Below are positions 26,045 to 39,807 of a DNA stretch of 64,000 nt, one piece after another (position 1 is the first letter of the stretch; the number at the start of each line of letters is the position of its first letter). The DNA is from Nemertoderma westbladi (lineage: Eukaryota > Animalia > Xenacoelomorpha), in contig JAUCBJ010001577.1 of the NCBI GenBank assembly GCA_032718475.1, forward strand, positions 1 through 64,000. The letters are read 5' to 3'. The translations under genes and the position numbers were made by a program. Below the pieces are notes generated by a model that saw only the letters and a program-made list of their open reading frames with translations, was not told the origin of the DNA and made no database searches.

Positions 26045-26965
26045 TCAAGGGTCAAAGCAAAACTCACGTGCTGCTACTGTAGAAGGGACAAAGTCAAACA
26101 TTGTGTCTAATATTTGATTAACTCACGTGCTGCTCGAAGGGCGCAACTACATATATCGAAACAAGCCCCTGTCTTGTATTTTAATAATAATATAATAATA
26201 TACACTCCCCAACGGGGTAAATGAAATTCGGTAAAATCATATTATTATTTTATCAATAAAATAGATATAAAATAAAAATAATAATAAATCAATTTGTATT
26301 TTAATTATATCAGAAATCGTTGCCATGCATAATGTACTATATTTGGGTCCCATGACCCACCCCATTGAACAGCTTTGCTTACATCTGATCCCAAATTAAC
26401 TTCCCTCTACGAAAATTATTTTAATTAAATACATGCAACATAGCAGTCTACTCTACAGTCAACAGTAGTAGGCCTACACAATAACTAAAATGGCATTCAG
26501 CTTACCAGCTATTCGCATTAAGCTAATAGATATTCGATTTCATTGGATTCAGTGAGTGTGTGAGGGCTATTGGGAGAGCAATCAGCTTATGATGTAATAC
26601 ATTAGAATCCCACGGCTTTTGTTTGCTTACTGTCTGAGTTGTAGAGTGAGGATAATACTTGGCAGAGAAAGCATTTCCTTGTTAGGTGGCCATTCCTATA
26701 GAATAGCATTACTAGGCTATCTCTATCCATTTTTCATGAGTGCCAGCTGGTGTTTTTATCATTGCGCCTATGGCGTTTTTTCGTTTATGTCTATTTTTCG
26801 AGCCCACGGCTCATGGACGAAATAGCGGAACATACCAGGGACCTTAAAATCGCGGTATCTAGCCGCTGTGAAAATTTCATCAAAATCGTAGTTTTGGCTG
26901 TAGATCAGTCAGCCAGCCAGCCAGTCTCGAGCAATTCTTACAGTAATGAACCTCTCGGTTCCTAA

Positions 26966-29361
26966 CTAGTGACGGGCCTAGCGGCCCGATAAGGAACCGA
27001 CTTTTTATTTCAAACAGAAGAGACAACGAGCTCGGCTCGGTCTGGCACGATTGGGCTCGATTCAGTTCGACTTGGCTTGATCGGCTCGGTTTGGCTCGAT
27101 TGGGCTCGACTCGGCTTGATTGGATCGACTCGACTCAGTCCGGCTCAATTTGGCGTGACACAGCTCGAATCGGCTAGATTGGGCTCGGCTCGGCTCGGTC
27201 TGACTCGACTCAGCTCGATTCGGCACAATCGGCTCGATTGGGTTCGACTCGGCTCGGTCCGGCTCGACTTGGCTCAATTGGGCTAGATTCAGCTCAATCT
27301 GCTCGACTTGGCTCGAATCGGCTCGATTGAGATTTATTGGGCTTGACTCGGTTCGATTTGGCTCAACTTGGCTCAGACCGGCTCGATTGGGCTCGACTTG
27401 GCTCGGTCTAGCGCAATTGGGCTCGACTAGGCTTGATTGGGCTCGATCCGGCTCTATTGGGCTCGACTCGATTCGATTTGGGCTTGACTCGGCTCAGTCT
27501 GGCTCGACTCGGCTAGATTGGGCTCAACTTGGCTCGATTGGGCTCGACTCGGCTTGATTGGGCTCAATCCGGGCTCAATTGGCTCGGTCGCACGGCTCGG
27601 CTCAGCTCGGCTCGGCTCGGCTCGGCTTGGCTCGGCTCGGCTCGGCTCAGCTCTCTCGGCTCGGCTTGGCTCGGCTCGGCTCGGCTCGGCTCGGCTCGGC
27701 TCGGCTCGGCTCGGCTCGGCTCGGCTCGGCTCGGCTCGGCTCGGCTCGGCTCGGCTCGGCTCGGCTCGGCTCGGCTCGGCTCGGCTCGGCTCGGCTCGGC
27801 TCGGTCTGAGTCGACTCAGCTCGATTCGGCTCGATTGGGTTCGACTTGGCTCGGCTTAGCTCTATTGGGCTTGATTCGGCTCAATTCGCACGACTCGGCT
27901 CGATTGGGATTGATTGGGCTTGACTTGGCTCGATTTGGCTCAACTTGGCTCAGTCCGGATCAATTGGGCTCCGGTCCAGCTCAATTTGGCTCGACTAGGC
28001 TTGATTGGGCTCGACTCGGCTCTATTGGGCTCGACTCGACTCGATTGGGCTTGACTCGGCTCAGTCTGGCTCGACTCGGCTTGATTGGGCTCAACTCGGC
28101 TCTGTTCGGCTCGATTGGGCTCGACTCGGCTTGATCACCTCTATTGGTTCTATTCGGCTCAATCGGTATGATTCGGCTCGATTGACACACGATGCTGGAA
28201 GGGTCAAAGCCAAACTCACGTGCTGCTCCAAGGGACAAAGTCAAACAGTGTGTCTATTATTTGATGTAACTCATGTGCTGCTCGAAGGGCGCAACATCAT
28301 ATATCAAGGGACAAAGCAAAACTCACGTGCTGCTCGAAGGGTCAAAGTCAAACAGTGTGTCTATTATTTGATGTAACTCACGCGCTGCTCGAAGGGCGCA
28401 AATACATATATCGAAGGGTCAAAGCCTAACTCACGTGCTGCTCGAAGTGACAAAGTCAAACATTGTGTCTAATATTTGATTAACTCACGTGCTGCTCGAA
28501 GGGCGCAACTACCTATATCGAAACAAGCCCCTGTCTTGTATTTATATTATATCAGAAATCCTCGCCTTCAGTACAAAATATCTACAAATTAATTTACCTG
28601 AAGTATGGGTAACATTATAAATTCGCTTTTCGCACAGTAGTTAACTAAATCAAATACACTTCAGGTTGACTGAATGATTTTAATAATGTTTGCCATGAAT
28701 AATGTACTATATTTGGGTCCCATGACCCACCCCATTAAACAGCTTTGCTTACATCTGATAGAGAGTAATCCCAAATTAACTTCCCTCGACGAAAATTATT
28801 TTAATTAAATACATGCAACATAGCAGTCTACTCTACAGTCAACAGTAGTAGGCCTACACAATAACTAAAATGGCATTCAGCTTACCAGCTATTCGCATTA
28901 AGCTAATAGATATTCGATTTCATTCGATTCAGTGAGTGTGTGAGGGCTATTGGGAGAGCAATCAGCTTATGATGTAATACATTAGAAGCCCACAGCTTAT
29001 GTTTGCTTACTGTCTGAGTTGTAGAGTGAGGATAATACTTGGCAGAGAAAGCATTTCCTTGTTAGGTGGCCATTCCTATAGAATAGCATTACTAGGCCAT
29101 CTCTATCCATTTTTCATGAGTGCCAGCTGGTGTTTTTATCATTGCGCCTATGGCGTTTTTTCGTTTATGTCTATTTTTCGAGCCCACGGCTCATGGACGA
29201 AATAGCGGAACATACCAGGGACCTTAGAATCGCGGTATCTAGCCGCTGTGAAAATTTCATCAAAATCGTTAGAGTAGTTTTGGCTGTAGATAGCCAGTCA
29301 GTCAGCCAGCCAGCCAGCCAGCCACAGCAATTCTTACAGTAATGAACCTCTCGGTTCCTAA
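26966..29361 (-). mobile_element. Representative type-C unit: A termini, pentamer satellite, CACGTG subrepeats and a distinct body
   Basis: Shares A sequence up to gagacaacgag and from cattgcgcctatggcg onward, with a different interior. Other C units start at 24220, 29362, 32124, 33954, 45786 and 60312. Confidence 0.8.
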
Positions 29362-32300
29362 CTAGTGACGGGCCTAGCGGCCCGATAAGGAACCGAGTTT
29401 TTATTTCTAATAAAAGAGACAACGAGCTCGGCTCGGTCTGGCATAATTGGGCTCGATTCAGTTCGACTTGGCTTGATCGGCTCGATTGGGCTCGACTCAG
29501 CTTGATTGTGCTCGACTCGGCTCGGTCTGGCTCGACTTGGCTCAATTGGGCTCAACTCGGCTCGATTGGTCTCGACTCGTCTCGATTGGTCTCGACTCGG
29601 CTCGATTGGGCTCGATTGGGATTGATTGGTCTTGACTCGGCTCGATTTGGATCAACTTGGCTCAGTCCGACTCGACTGGGCTCGGTCCGGCTCAATTGGG
29701 CTCGACTAGGCTTGATTGGGCTCGACTCGGCTCTATTGGGCTCGACTCGATTCGATTGGGCTTAACTCGGCTCAGTCTGGCTCGACTCGGCTTGATTAGG
29801 CTCAACTCGGCTCCGTCCGGCTCGACTCGCTCGACTCGGCTTGATTGGTCTCGACTCGACTCAGTCCGGCTCAATTTGGCGTGACATGGCTCGATTGGGT
29901 TCGGCTTGGCTCGGTCTGAGTCGACTCAGCTCGATTCGGCTCAATCGGCTCGATTGGCTTTGACTCAGCTCGGTCTGGCTCGACTTGGCTCAATTGGGCT
30001 CAATCCGCTCGAAACGGCTCATTTCAAATAAAAGAGACAACAAGCTCGGCTCGGTCTGGCATGATTGGGCCCGATTCAGTTTGACTTGGCTTGATCGGCT
30101 CGGTTTGGCTCAATTGGGCTCGACTCGGCTTGATTGGGCTCGACTCGACTCAGCTCGATTCGGCTCAATCGGCTCGATTGGTCTCGACTCAGCTCGGTTG
30201 CGCTCGAATCGGCTCGAGTTGGCTCAACTTGGCTCAGTCCGGCTTGACTGGGCTCGGTCCGGCTCAATTGGGCTCGACTAGGCTTGATTGGGCTCGACTC
30301 GGCTCTATTAGGATCGACTCGATTCGATTGGGCTTAACTCGGCTCAGTCTGGCTCGACTCGGCTTGATTATGCTCAACTCGGCTCTGTCCGGCTCGACTC
30401 AGCTCGATTGGGTTCGACTCGGCTTGACTGGTCTCGACTCAACTCAGTCCGGCTCAATTTGGCGTGTCACGGCTCGACTCGGCTCGATTGGGTTCTGCTC
30501 GGCTCGGTCTGAGTCGACTCAGCTTTATTCAGCTCAATCGGCTCGATTGGGTTCGACTCGGCTCGGTCCGGCTCGACTTGGCTCAATTGGGCTCAATTCG
30601 ACTCAATTGATTGGGATTGATTGGGCTTGACTCGGCTCGATTTGGCTCAAATTGGCCCAGTCTGGCACGATTGGGCTTGACTTGGCTCGGTCCCACTCAA
30701 TTGGGCTCGACTAGGATTGATTGGGCTCTACTCGGCTCTATTGGGCTCGACTCAACTTGATTGGGCTTGACTCGGCTCAGTCTGGCTTGCTCGACTTGAT
30801 TGGGCTCAACTCGGCTCCATTCGGGTGAAGACCTCGTTTTGGAATTTCGAAACCACGCTGGTGCGATGCGCGATATCGTGTTTAGTTAATAAATTGAAAA
30901 ATCCATCAATTCATGTGCAACCAGTAATAAGAAATCGCGATAAAGTAATTAAATAAAAATTATTCTAGAAAAATTTTCCTTCAAAAGTATGAAGTCTTGG
31001 CATTGGTGACGCGAAACTAGGCTAGTGAGATTCAGGATATTGCGTTTAATATAAAAATCGAAAACGCTATCGAATTCCGTAAAGGCGTTAATAAAATACT
31101 GCAACTTTTTTGAAATTTGTAAAATTCTAGAACTAGAAAATTAATTTTTGAACGGCGCTGTTTGGGGTTTCGAAACATGGATAGGCTGAAAGAGGACATC
31201 GAATTAAGTTGAAAAATGAAAACCCCATCGAATTTGGACAACGCGTTCTGGAGTTATAGCGGATCGAAAAAAATTGACCCCCCCCAGTCGCCAAAAATTT
31301 ACAGTAATTTAAAATTTTGCAAAAAAAATTTTTTGCGTTATTTTTGATGGCGAATCGATTGGCAGTACTGGCTACGAAAAAATTTTTTTTGAAATTTTTG
31401 GTCAGAAAAAAAAACATGGAAAAAGTATATTTTTAAAAAGATTTGATATCTCCTTGCAGAGAATGATCCAACTCTGTAACTTGGCAATCGCTCAAATCCA
31501 TTCAGCTGAATGGCACAGTAGAGTAAACTAAAGTAAATTCCCTATACAATGTTCTGAAGGGGTGACTGACAGAGAGTAATCCAACAATAAAACATTTTGC
31601 AATAATGTTGGCATTAATGTAGCCAACTCACTGTGTACGTAACAGTCATTCAGCTTACATTAGCAGAGTGAGATATTCGCATAGAATGCATTGGGAAGAG
31701 TAATTCAGCTGAGGCGATATTAGATTTCAAACTAAACCAACCAGTTAATAATGTTTGCTTTGACAGAGAGTGGTGGCCTATACAAACAGTATGGGTGTAC
31801 TGAGTATAATAATCTTGGCAACCTCATCGATTTATTACTAAGCCTTCTGTAGAAATGCATTACATAAGCCATTTTTCATCACGACACCAGCTGTTATTGG
31901 TGTTATTTTACCATTGCGCCTATGGCGTTTTTTCGTTTATGTCTATTTTTCGAGCCCACGGCTCATGGACGAAATAGCGGAACATACCAGGGACCTTAGA
32001 ATCGCGGTATCCAGCCGCTGTGAAAATTTCATCAAAATCGTTAGAGTAGTTTTGGCTGTAGATCAGTCAGCTCAGTCCAGTCACGCTAACAATTCTTACA
32101 GTAATGAACCTCTCGGTTCCTAACTAGTGACGGGCCTAGCGGCCCGATAAGGAACCGACTTTTTATTTCAAATAAAAGAGACAACGAGCTCGGCTCGGTC
32201 TGGCATGATTGGGCTCGATTCAGTTCGACTTGGCTTGATCGGCTCGGTTTGGCTCGATTGGGCTAGACTCGGCTTGATTGGGCTCGACTTGACACATCTC

Positions 32301-35300
32301 GATTCGGCTCAATCGGCTTGATTAGGTTCGACTCGGCTGGTCCGGCTCGACTTGGCTCGAATTGGCTCGACTCTGCTCGATTGGGCTCGAATCGGCTCGA
32401 TTGGGATTGATCGGACTTGACTCGGCTCAACTTGGCTCAGTCCGGCTCGCTCGATTGGGCTCGACTTTGGCTTGATTGGGCTCGAATCGGCTCTATTTGG
32501 CTCGATTCGATTCGAATGGGCTCGACTCGGCTTGATTGGGCTCGACTCGACTCAGTCCGGCTCAATTTGGCGTGACACGGCTCAATTGGGCTCGGCTCGG
32601 CTCGGTCTGAGACGACTCAGCTCGATTCGGCTCAATCGGCTCGATTGGGTTCGACTCGGCTCAGTCTGGCTCGACTTGGCTCAATTGGGCTCAATCCGCT
32701 CGACTCGGCTCGATTGGGATTGATTGGGTTTGACTCGGCTCGATTTGTCTCAACTTGGCTCAGTCTGGCTCGATTGGGCTCGACTTGGCTCGGTCCGGCT
32801 CAATTAGGCTCGACTAGGATTGATTGGGCTCGACTCGGCTCTATTGGGCTCGACTCGACTCGATTGGGCTTGCCTCACCTCAGTCTGGCTCGACTAGGCT
32901 TGATTGAGCTCAACTCGGCTCCGTTCGGCTTGACTCGGCTCGATTGGGCTCGACTCAACTTGATCGCCTCGATTGGTTCTATTCGGCTCGATTAGTATGA
33001 TTCGGCTCGATTGACACACGCTGCTGGAAGGGTCAAAGCCAAACTCACGTGCTGCTAGAAGGGACAAAGTCAAACATTGTGTCTAATATTTGATTAACTC
33101 ACATGCTGCTCGAAGGGCGCAACTACATATATCGAAACAAGCCCCTGTCTTGTATTTTAATAATAATATAATAATATGCAGTCCCCAACGGGGTAAATGA
33201 AATTCGGTAAAATCATATTATTATTTTATCAATAAAATAGATATAAAATAAAAATAAAAATAAATCAATTTGTATTTTAATTATATCAGAAATCGTTGCC
33301 ATGCTTGATGTACTATATTTGGGTCCCATGACCCACCCCATTGAACAGCTTTGCTTACATCTGATAGAGAGTAATCCCAAATTAACTTCCCTCTACGAAA
33401 ATTATTTTAATTAAATACATGCAACATAGCAGTCTACTCTACAGTCAACAGTAGTAGGCCTACACAATAACTAAAATGGCATTCAGCTTACCAGCTATTC
33501 GCATTAAGCTAATAGATATTCGATTTCATTCGATTCAGTGAGTGTGTGTCGGCTATTGGGAGAGCAATCAGCTTATGATGTAATACACTAGAATCCCACG
33601 GCTTTTGTTTGCTTACTGTCTGAGTTGTAGAGTGAGGATAATACTTGGCAGAGAAAGCATTTCCTTGTTAGGTGGCCATTCCTATAGAATAGCATTACTA
33701 GGCTATCTCTATCCATTTTTCATGAGTGCCAGCTGGTGTTTTTATCATTGCGCCTATGGCGTTTTTTCGTTTATGTCTATTTTTCGAGCCCACGGCTCAT
33801 GGACGAAATAGCGGAACATACCAGGGACCTTAGAATCGCGGTATCAAGCCGCTGTGAAAATTTCATCAAAATCGTTAGAGTAGTTTTGGCTGTAGATCAG
33901 TCAGCCAGCCAGTCTCGAGCAATTCTTACAGTAATGAACCTCTCGGTTCCTAACTAGTGACGGGCCTAGCGGCCCGATAAGGAACCGACTTTTTATTTCA
34001 AATAAAAGAGACAACGAGCTCGGCTCGGTCTGGCACGATTGGGCTCGATTCAGTTCGACTTGGCTTCATCGGCTTGGGTTGGCTCGATTGGGTTTGACTC
34101 GGCTTGATTGGGCTCGACTCGACTCAGTCCGGCTCAATTTAGCGTGACCCAGCTCGAATCGGCTCGATTGGGCTCGGCTCGGCTCGGCTCGGCTCGGCTC
34201 GGCTCGGCTCGGCTCGGCTCGGCTCGGCTCGGCTCGGCTCGGTCTGACTAGACTCAGCTTGATTCGGCTCGATTGGGTTCGATTTGGCTCGGTCCGGCTC
34301 GAATTGGCTCAATTGGGCTCGATTCAGCTCAATCTGCTCAACTCGGCTCGATTGAGATTGATTGGGCTTGATTCGGCTCGATTTGGCTCAACTTGGCTCA
34401 GTCCGGCTCGACTTGGCTCAGTCTGGCTCAATTGGGCTCGACTAGGCTTGATTGGACTCGACTTGGCTCTATTGGGCTCGACTCGATTCGATTGGGCTTG
34501 ACTCGGCTTAGTCTGATTTGACTCGGCTTGATTGGGCTCAACTTGGCTCCGTCCGGCTCGACTCGGCGCAATTGGGCTCGACTCGGCCTCGGCTCGGCTC
34601 GGCTCGGCTTGGCTTGGCTCGGCTCGGCTCGGCTCGGCTCGGTCTGACTCGACTCAGCTTGATTCGGCTCGATTGGGTTCGATTCGGCTCGGTCCGGCTC
34701 GAATTGGCTCAATTGGGCTCGATTCAGCTCAATCTGCTCAACTCGGCTCGATTGGGATTGATTGGGCTTGATTCGGCTCGATTTGGCTCAACTTGGCTCA
34801 GTCCGGCTCGACTTGGCTCGGTCTGGCTCAATTGGGCTCGACTAGGCTTCATTGGACTCGACTCGGCTCTATTGGGCTCGACTCGATTCGATTGGGCTTG
34901 ACTCGGCTTAGTCTGGTTCGACTCGGCTTGATTGGGATCAACTTGGCTCCGTCCGGCTCGACTCGGCTTGATTGAGCTCGACTCGACACACTCCAGCTCA
35001 ATTTTGCGTGACACGGCTCGACTCGGCTTGATTGAGCTCGGCTCAGCTCGGTCTGACTCGAATCAGCTCGATTCGGCTCAATCCGCTCGATTGGGTTCGA
35101 CTTGGCTCAGTCCGGCTCGACTTGGCTCAATTCGGCTCAATCTGCTCGATTGGGCTCTACTCAGCTCGATAGGCCTCAAATCGGCTCGATTGGGATTGAT
35201 TGGGCTTGACTCGGCTTGATTTGGCTCAACTTGACTCAGTCCGGCTCGATTGGGCTCAACTTGCCTCGGTCCGGCTCAATTGGGCTCGACTAGGCTTGAT

Positions 35301-35504
35301 TGAGCTCGACTCGGCTCTATTGGGCTCGATTCGACTCGATTGGGCTTGACTTGGCTCAGTCTGGCTCGACTCGGCTTGATTGGGCTCAACTCAGCTCCGT
35401 TTGACTCGATTGGGCTCAACTCGGCTTGATCGCCTCGATTGGTTCTATTCGGCTCGATCGGTTTGGTTCGGTTTGATTGACACACGCTGCTGGAAGGGTC
35501 AAAG

Positions 35505-35805
35505 CCAAACTCACGTGCTGCTCGAAGGGACAAAGTTAAACAGTATGTCTATTATTTGATGTAACTCACGTGCTGCTCGAAGGGCGCAACATCATATATC
35601 GAAGGGTCAAAGCAAAACTCACGTGCTGCTCGAAGGGACAAAGTCAAACAATGTGTCTATTATTTGATGTAACTCACGTGCTGCTCGAAGGGCGCAAATA
35701 CATATATCGAAGGGTCGAAGCAAAACTCACGTGCTGCTCGAAAGGACAAAGTCAAACATTGTGTCTATTATTTGATTAACTGACGTGCTGCTCGAAGGGC
35801 GCAAC
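35505..35805. repeat. ~53-bp alternating subrepeats with core CTCACGTGCTGCTCGAAGGG
   Basis: About six cores here; also at 28215-28510, 47210-47445 and 62066-62300, with fewer at 25390-26145 and 33045-33120. Confidence 0.85.
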
Positions 35806-38800
35806 TATATCGAAACAAGCCCCCCTGTCTTGTATTTTAATTATATCAGAAATCGTTGCCTTCAGCACAAATTATCTAAAAATTCATTCACCTGAAGTAT
35901 GGGTAACATTATAAATTCGTTTTTCGCACAGTAGAGTTAACTAAAGCAAATACCCTTCAGGTTGACTGAATGATTTTATTAATGTTTGCCATGCATAATG
36001 TACTATATTTGGGTCCCATGACCCACCCCATTGAACAGCTTTGCTTACATCTGATAGAGAGTAATCCCAAATTAACTTCCCTCTACGAAAATTATTTTAA
36101 TTAAATACATACAACATAGCAGTCAACTCTGCAGTCAACAGTGATTTTTATATTTCTAACTATAATGTTAGTCTTAGCCTTACAGAGTATCAGTATAAGG
36201 CTGAGTAAACATTCCACCTTATAAGCATACAGCCTCCACAGTATTAATGTTGGCATTAATGTAGCCGATACACTGTATACCTAATAGTCATTCAGCAGGG
36301 GTAAGAGTTATTCAGCTGAGGCGGTAATAGATTGCAAACTAAACCAACCAGTTGGCAGCCTCATTGATTTATACTAAGCCTGTGTAGAACCACAAACTAA
36401 ATCAACCAGTTAATATTTGCTTTGACAGAGAGTGCAGGGCCTAAACAAACAAACAGTAAGGGTGTACTAAGTACAATAATCTTGGCAACCTCATCGATTT
36501 ATACTAAGCCTTGTGTAGAAATGCATTACATAAGCCATTTTTCATCAGGACACCAGCTGTCATGGGTGTTATTTTACCATTGCGCCTATGGCGTTTTTTC
36601 GTTTATGTCTAATTTTCGAGCCCACGGCTCATGGACGAAATAGCGGAACATACCAGGGACCTTAGAATCGCGGTATCTAGCCGCTGTGAAAATTTCATCA
36701 AAATCGTTAGAGTAGTTTTGGCTGTAGATTAGCCAGCCAGCCAGCCAGCCAGCCAGTCAGTCAACAATTCTTACAGTAATGAACCTCTCGGTTCCTAACT
36801 AGTGACGGGCCTAGCGGCCCGATAAGGAACCGACTTTTTATTTTAAATAAAAGAGACAACGAGAATTAGTATAGAACTAATAAATATGTAAAAATACAAT
36901 CATATTTCATACAATAATTATTAATAAATTCGATCTATTATTAGTTGCTCAATTCTAGAACAAAATCGACCTGCAACTAGTGAAGACCTCGTTTTGGAAT
37001 TTCGAAACCACGCTGGTGCGATGCGCGATATCGTGTTTAGTTAATAAATCGAAAACTCCATCAATTCATGTGCAACCAGTAATAAGAAATCGCGATAAAT
37101 GTAATTAAATAAAAATTATTCTAGAAAAATTTTCCTCAAAAAGTATGAAGTCTTGGCATTGGTGACGCGAAACTAGGCTAGTGAGATTCAGGATATTGCG
37201 TTTAATATAAAAATCGAAAACGCTATCGAATTCTGTAAAGGCGTTAATAAAATACTGCAACTTTTTTGAAATTTGTAAAATTCTAGAACTAGAAAAAATT
37301 AATTTTTGAACGGCGCTGTTTGGGTTTTCGAAACATGGATAGGCTGAAAGAGGACATCGAATTAAGTTGAAAAATGAAAACCCCATCGAATTTGGACAAA
37401 GCGTTCCGGAGTTATAGCGGATCGAAAAAAATTGACCCCCCCAGTCGCCAAAAATTTACAGTAATTTAAAATTTTGCAAAAAAAAATTTTTGCGTTATTT
37501 TTGATGGCGAATCGATTGGTAGTACTGGCTACGAAAATTTTTTTTTGAAATTTTTGGTCAGAAAAAAAAAACATGGAAAAAGTATATTTTAAAAAAGATT
37601 TGATGTCTTTGCCTATGGTCAGAGAATTATCCAACTCTGTAACTTGGCAATCGCTCAAATCCATTCAGCTGAATGGCACAGTAGAGTAAACTAAAGTAAA
37701 TTCCCTATACAATGTTCTGAAGGGGAGACTGACAGAGAGTAATCCAACCAATAAAACATTTTGCAATAATGTTGGCATTAATGTAGCCAACACAGTGTGT
37801 ACTTAAGTCATTCAGCTTACATTAGCAGAGTGAGATATTCCCATAGAATTGCATTGGGAAGAGTAATTCAGCTGAGGCAATAATAGATTTCAAACTAAAC
37901 CAACCAGTTAATATTTGCTTTGACAGAGTGTCCTAGGGCCTAAACAAACAGTATGGGTGTACTGAGTACAATAATCTTGGCAACCTCATCGATTTATACT
38001 AAGCCTTGTGTAGAAATGCATTACATAAGCCATTTTTCATCAGGACACCAGCTGTCATGGGTGTTATTTTACCATTGCGTCTATGGCGTTTTTTCGTTTA
38101 TCTCTATTTTTCGAGCCCAGAGGCTATGGACGGAGTAGCCGATCATACCAGGGACCTTAGAATCGCGGTATCTAGATGCTGTGAAAATTTCATCAAAATC
38201 GTTAGAGTAGTTTTGGCTGTAGATCAGCCAGCCAGCCAGTCAATCAGCCAACAATTCTTACAGTAATGAACCTCTCGGTTCCTAACTAGTGACGGGCCTA
38301 GCGGCCCGATAAGGAACCGACTTTTTATTTCAAATAAAAGAGACAACGAGAATTATTATAGAACTAATAATTATGTAATTATGTAAAAATACAATCATAT
38401 TTCATACAATAATTATTAATAAATTCGATCTATTATTAGTTGCTCAATTATAGAACAAAATCGACCTGCAACTAGTGGAAACCTCGTTTTGGAATTTTGA
38501 AACCACGCTGGTGCGATGCGCGATATGTGTTTAGTTAATAAAGTGAAAACTCCATCAATTCATGTGCAACCAGTAATAAGAAATCGCGATAAATGTAATT
38601 TGAATAAAAATTATTCTAGAAAAATTTTCCTCAAAAAGTATGAAGTCTTGGCATTGGTGACGCGAAACTAGGCTAGTGAGATTCAGGATATTGCGTTTAA
38701 TATAAAAATCGAAAACGCTATCGAATTCCGTAAAGGTGTTAATAAAATACTGCAACTTTTTTGAAATTTGTAAAATTCTAGAACTAGAAAAAATTAATTT

Positions 38801-39776
38801 TTGAACGGCGCTGTTTGGGGTTTCGAAACATGGATAGGCTGAAAGAGGACATCGAATTAAGTTGAAAAATGAAAACCCCATCGAATTTGGACAAAGCGTT
38901 CCGGAGTTATAGCGGATCGAAAAAAATTGACCCCCCCCAGTCGCCAAAAATTTACAGTAATTTAAAATTTTGCAAAAAAAATTTTTTGCGTTATTTTTGA
39001 TGGCGAATCGATTGGCAGTACTGGCTACGAAAAAATTTTTTTTTGAAATTTTTGGTCAGAAAAAAAACATGGAAAAAGTATCTTTTGAAAAAAATTTGAT
39101 GTCTTTCTTTGCCTACTGTATGGTCAGAGAATGATCCAACTCTGTAACTTGGCAATCGCTCAAATCCATTCAGCTGAATGGCACAGTAGAGTAAACTAAA
39201 GTAAATTCCCTATACATACAATGTTCTGAAGGGGAGACTGACAGAGAGTAATCCAACAATAAAACATTTTGCAATAATGCTGGCATTAATGTAGCCAACA
39301 CACTGTGTACTTAACCGTCATTCAGCTTACATTAGCAGAGGGAGAAACTTGGATACTCAACTAGAATGCATTGGGAAGAGTTATTCAGCTGAGGCGATAC
39401 TAGATTTCAAACTAAACCAACCAGTTAATGTTTGCATTGCCAGAGAGTGGTGAGTGGTTGGTTGGGCCTAAACAAACAGTATGGGTGTACTAAGTATAAT
39501 ATTCTTGGCAACCTCATCAATTTATTACTAAGCCTTGTGTATTAATGCATTACATAAGCCATTTTTCATGAGGACACCAGCTGTCATTGGTGTTATTTTA
39601 CCATTGCGCCTATGGCGTTTTTTCGTTTATGTCTATTTTTCGAGCCCACGGCTCATGGACGAAATAGCGGAACATACCAGGGACCTTAGAATCGCGGCAT
39701 CTAGCCGCTGTGAAAATTTCATCAAAATCGTTAGAGTAGTTTTGGCTGTAGATTAGCCAGCCAGCCAGCCAGCCAG

Positions 39777-39807
<31 letters not shown>

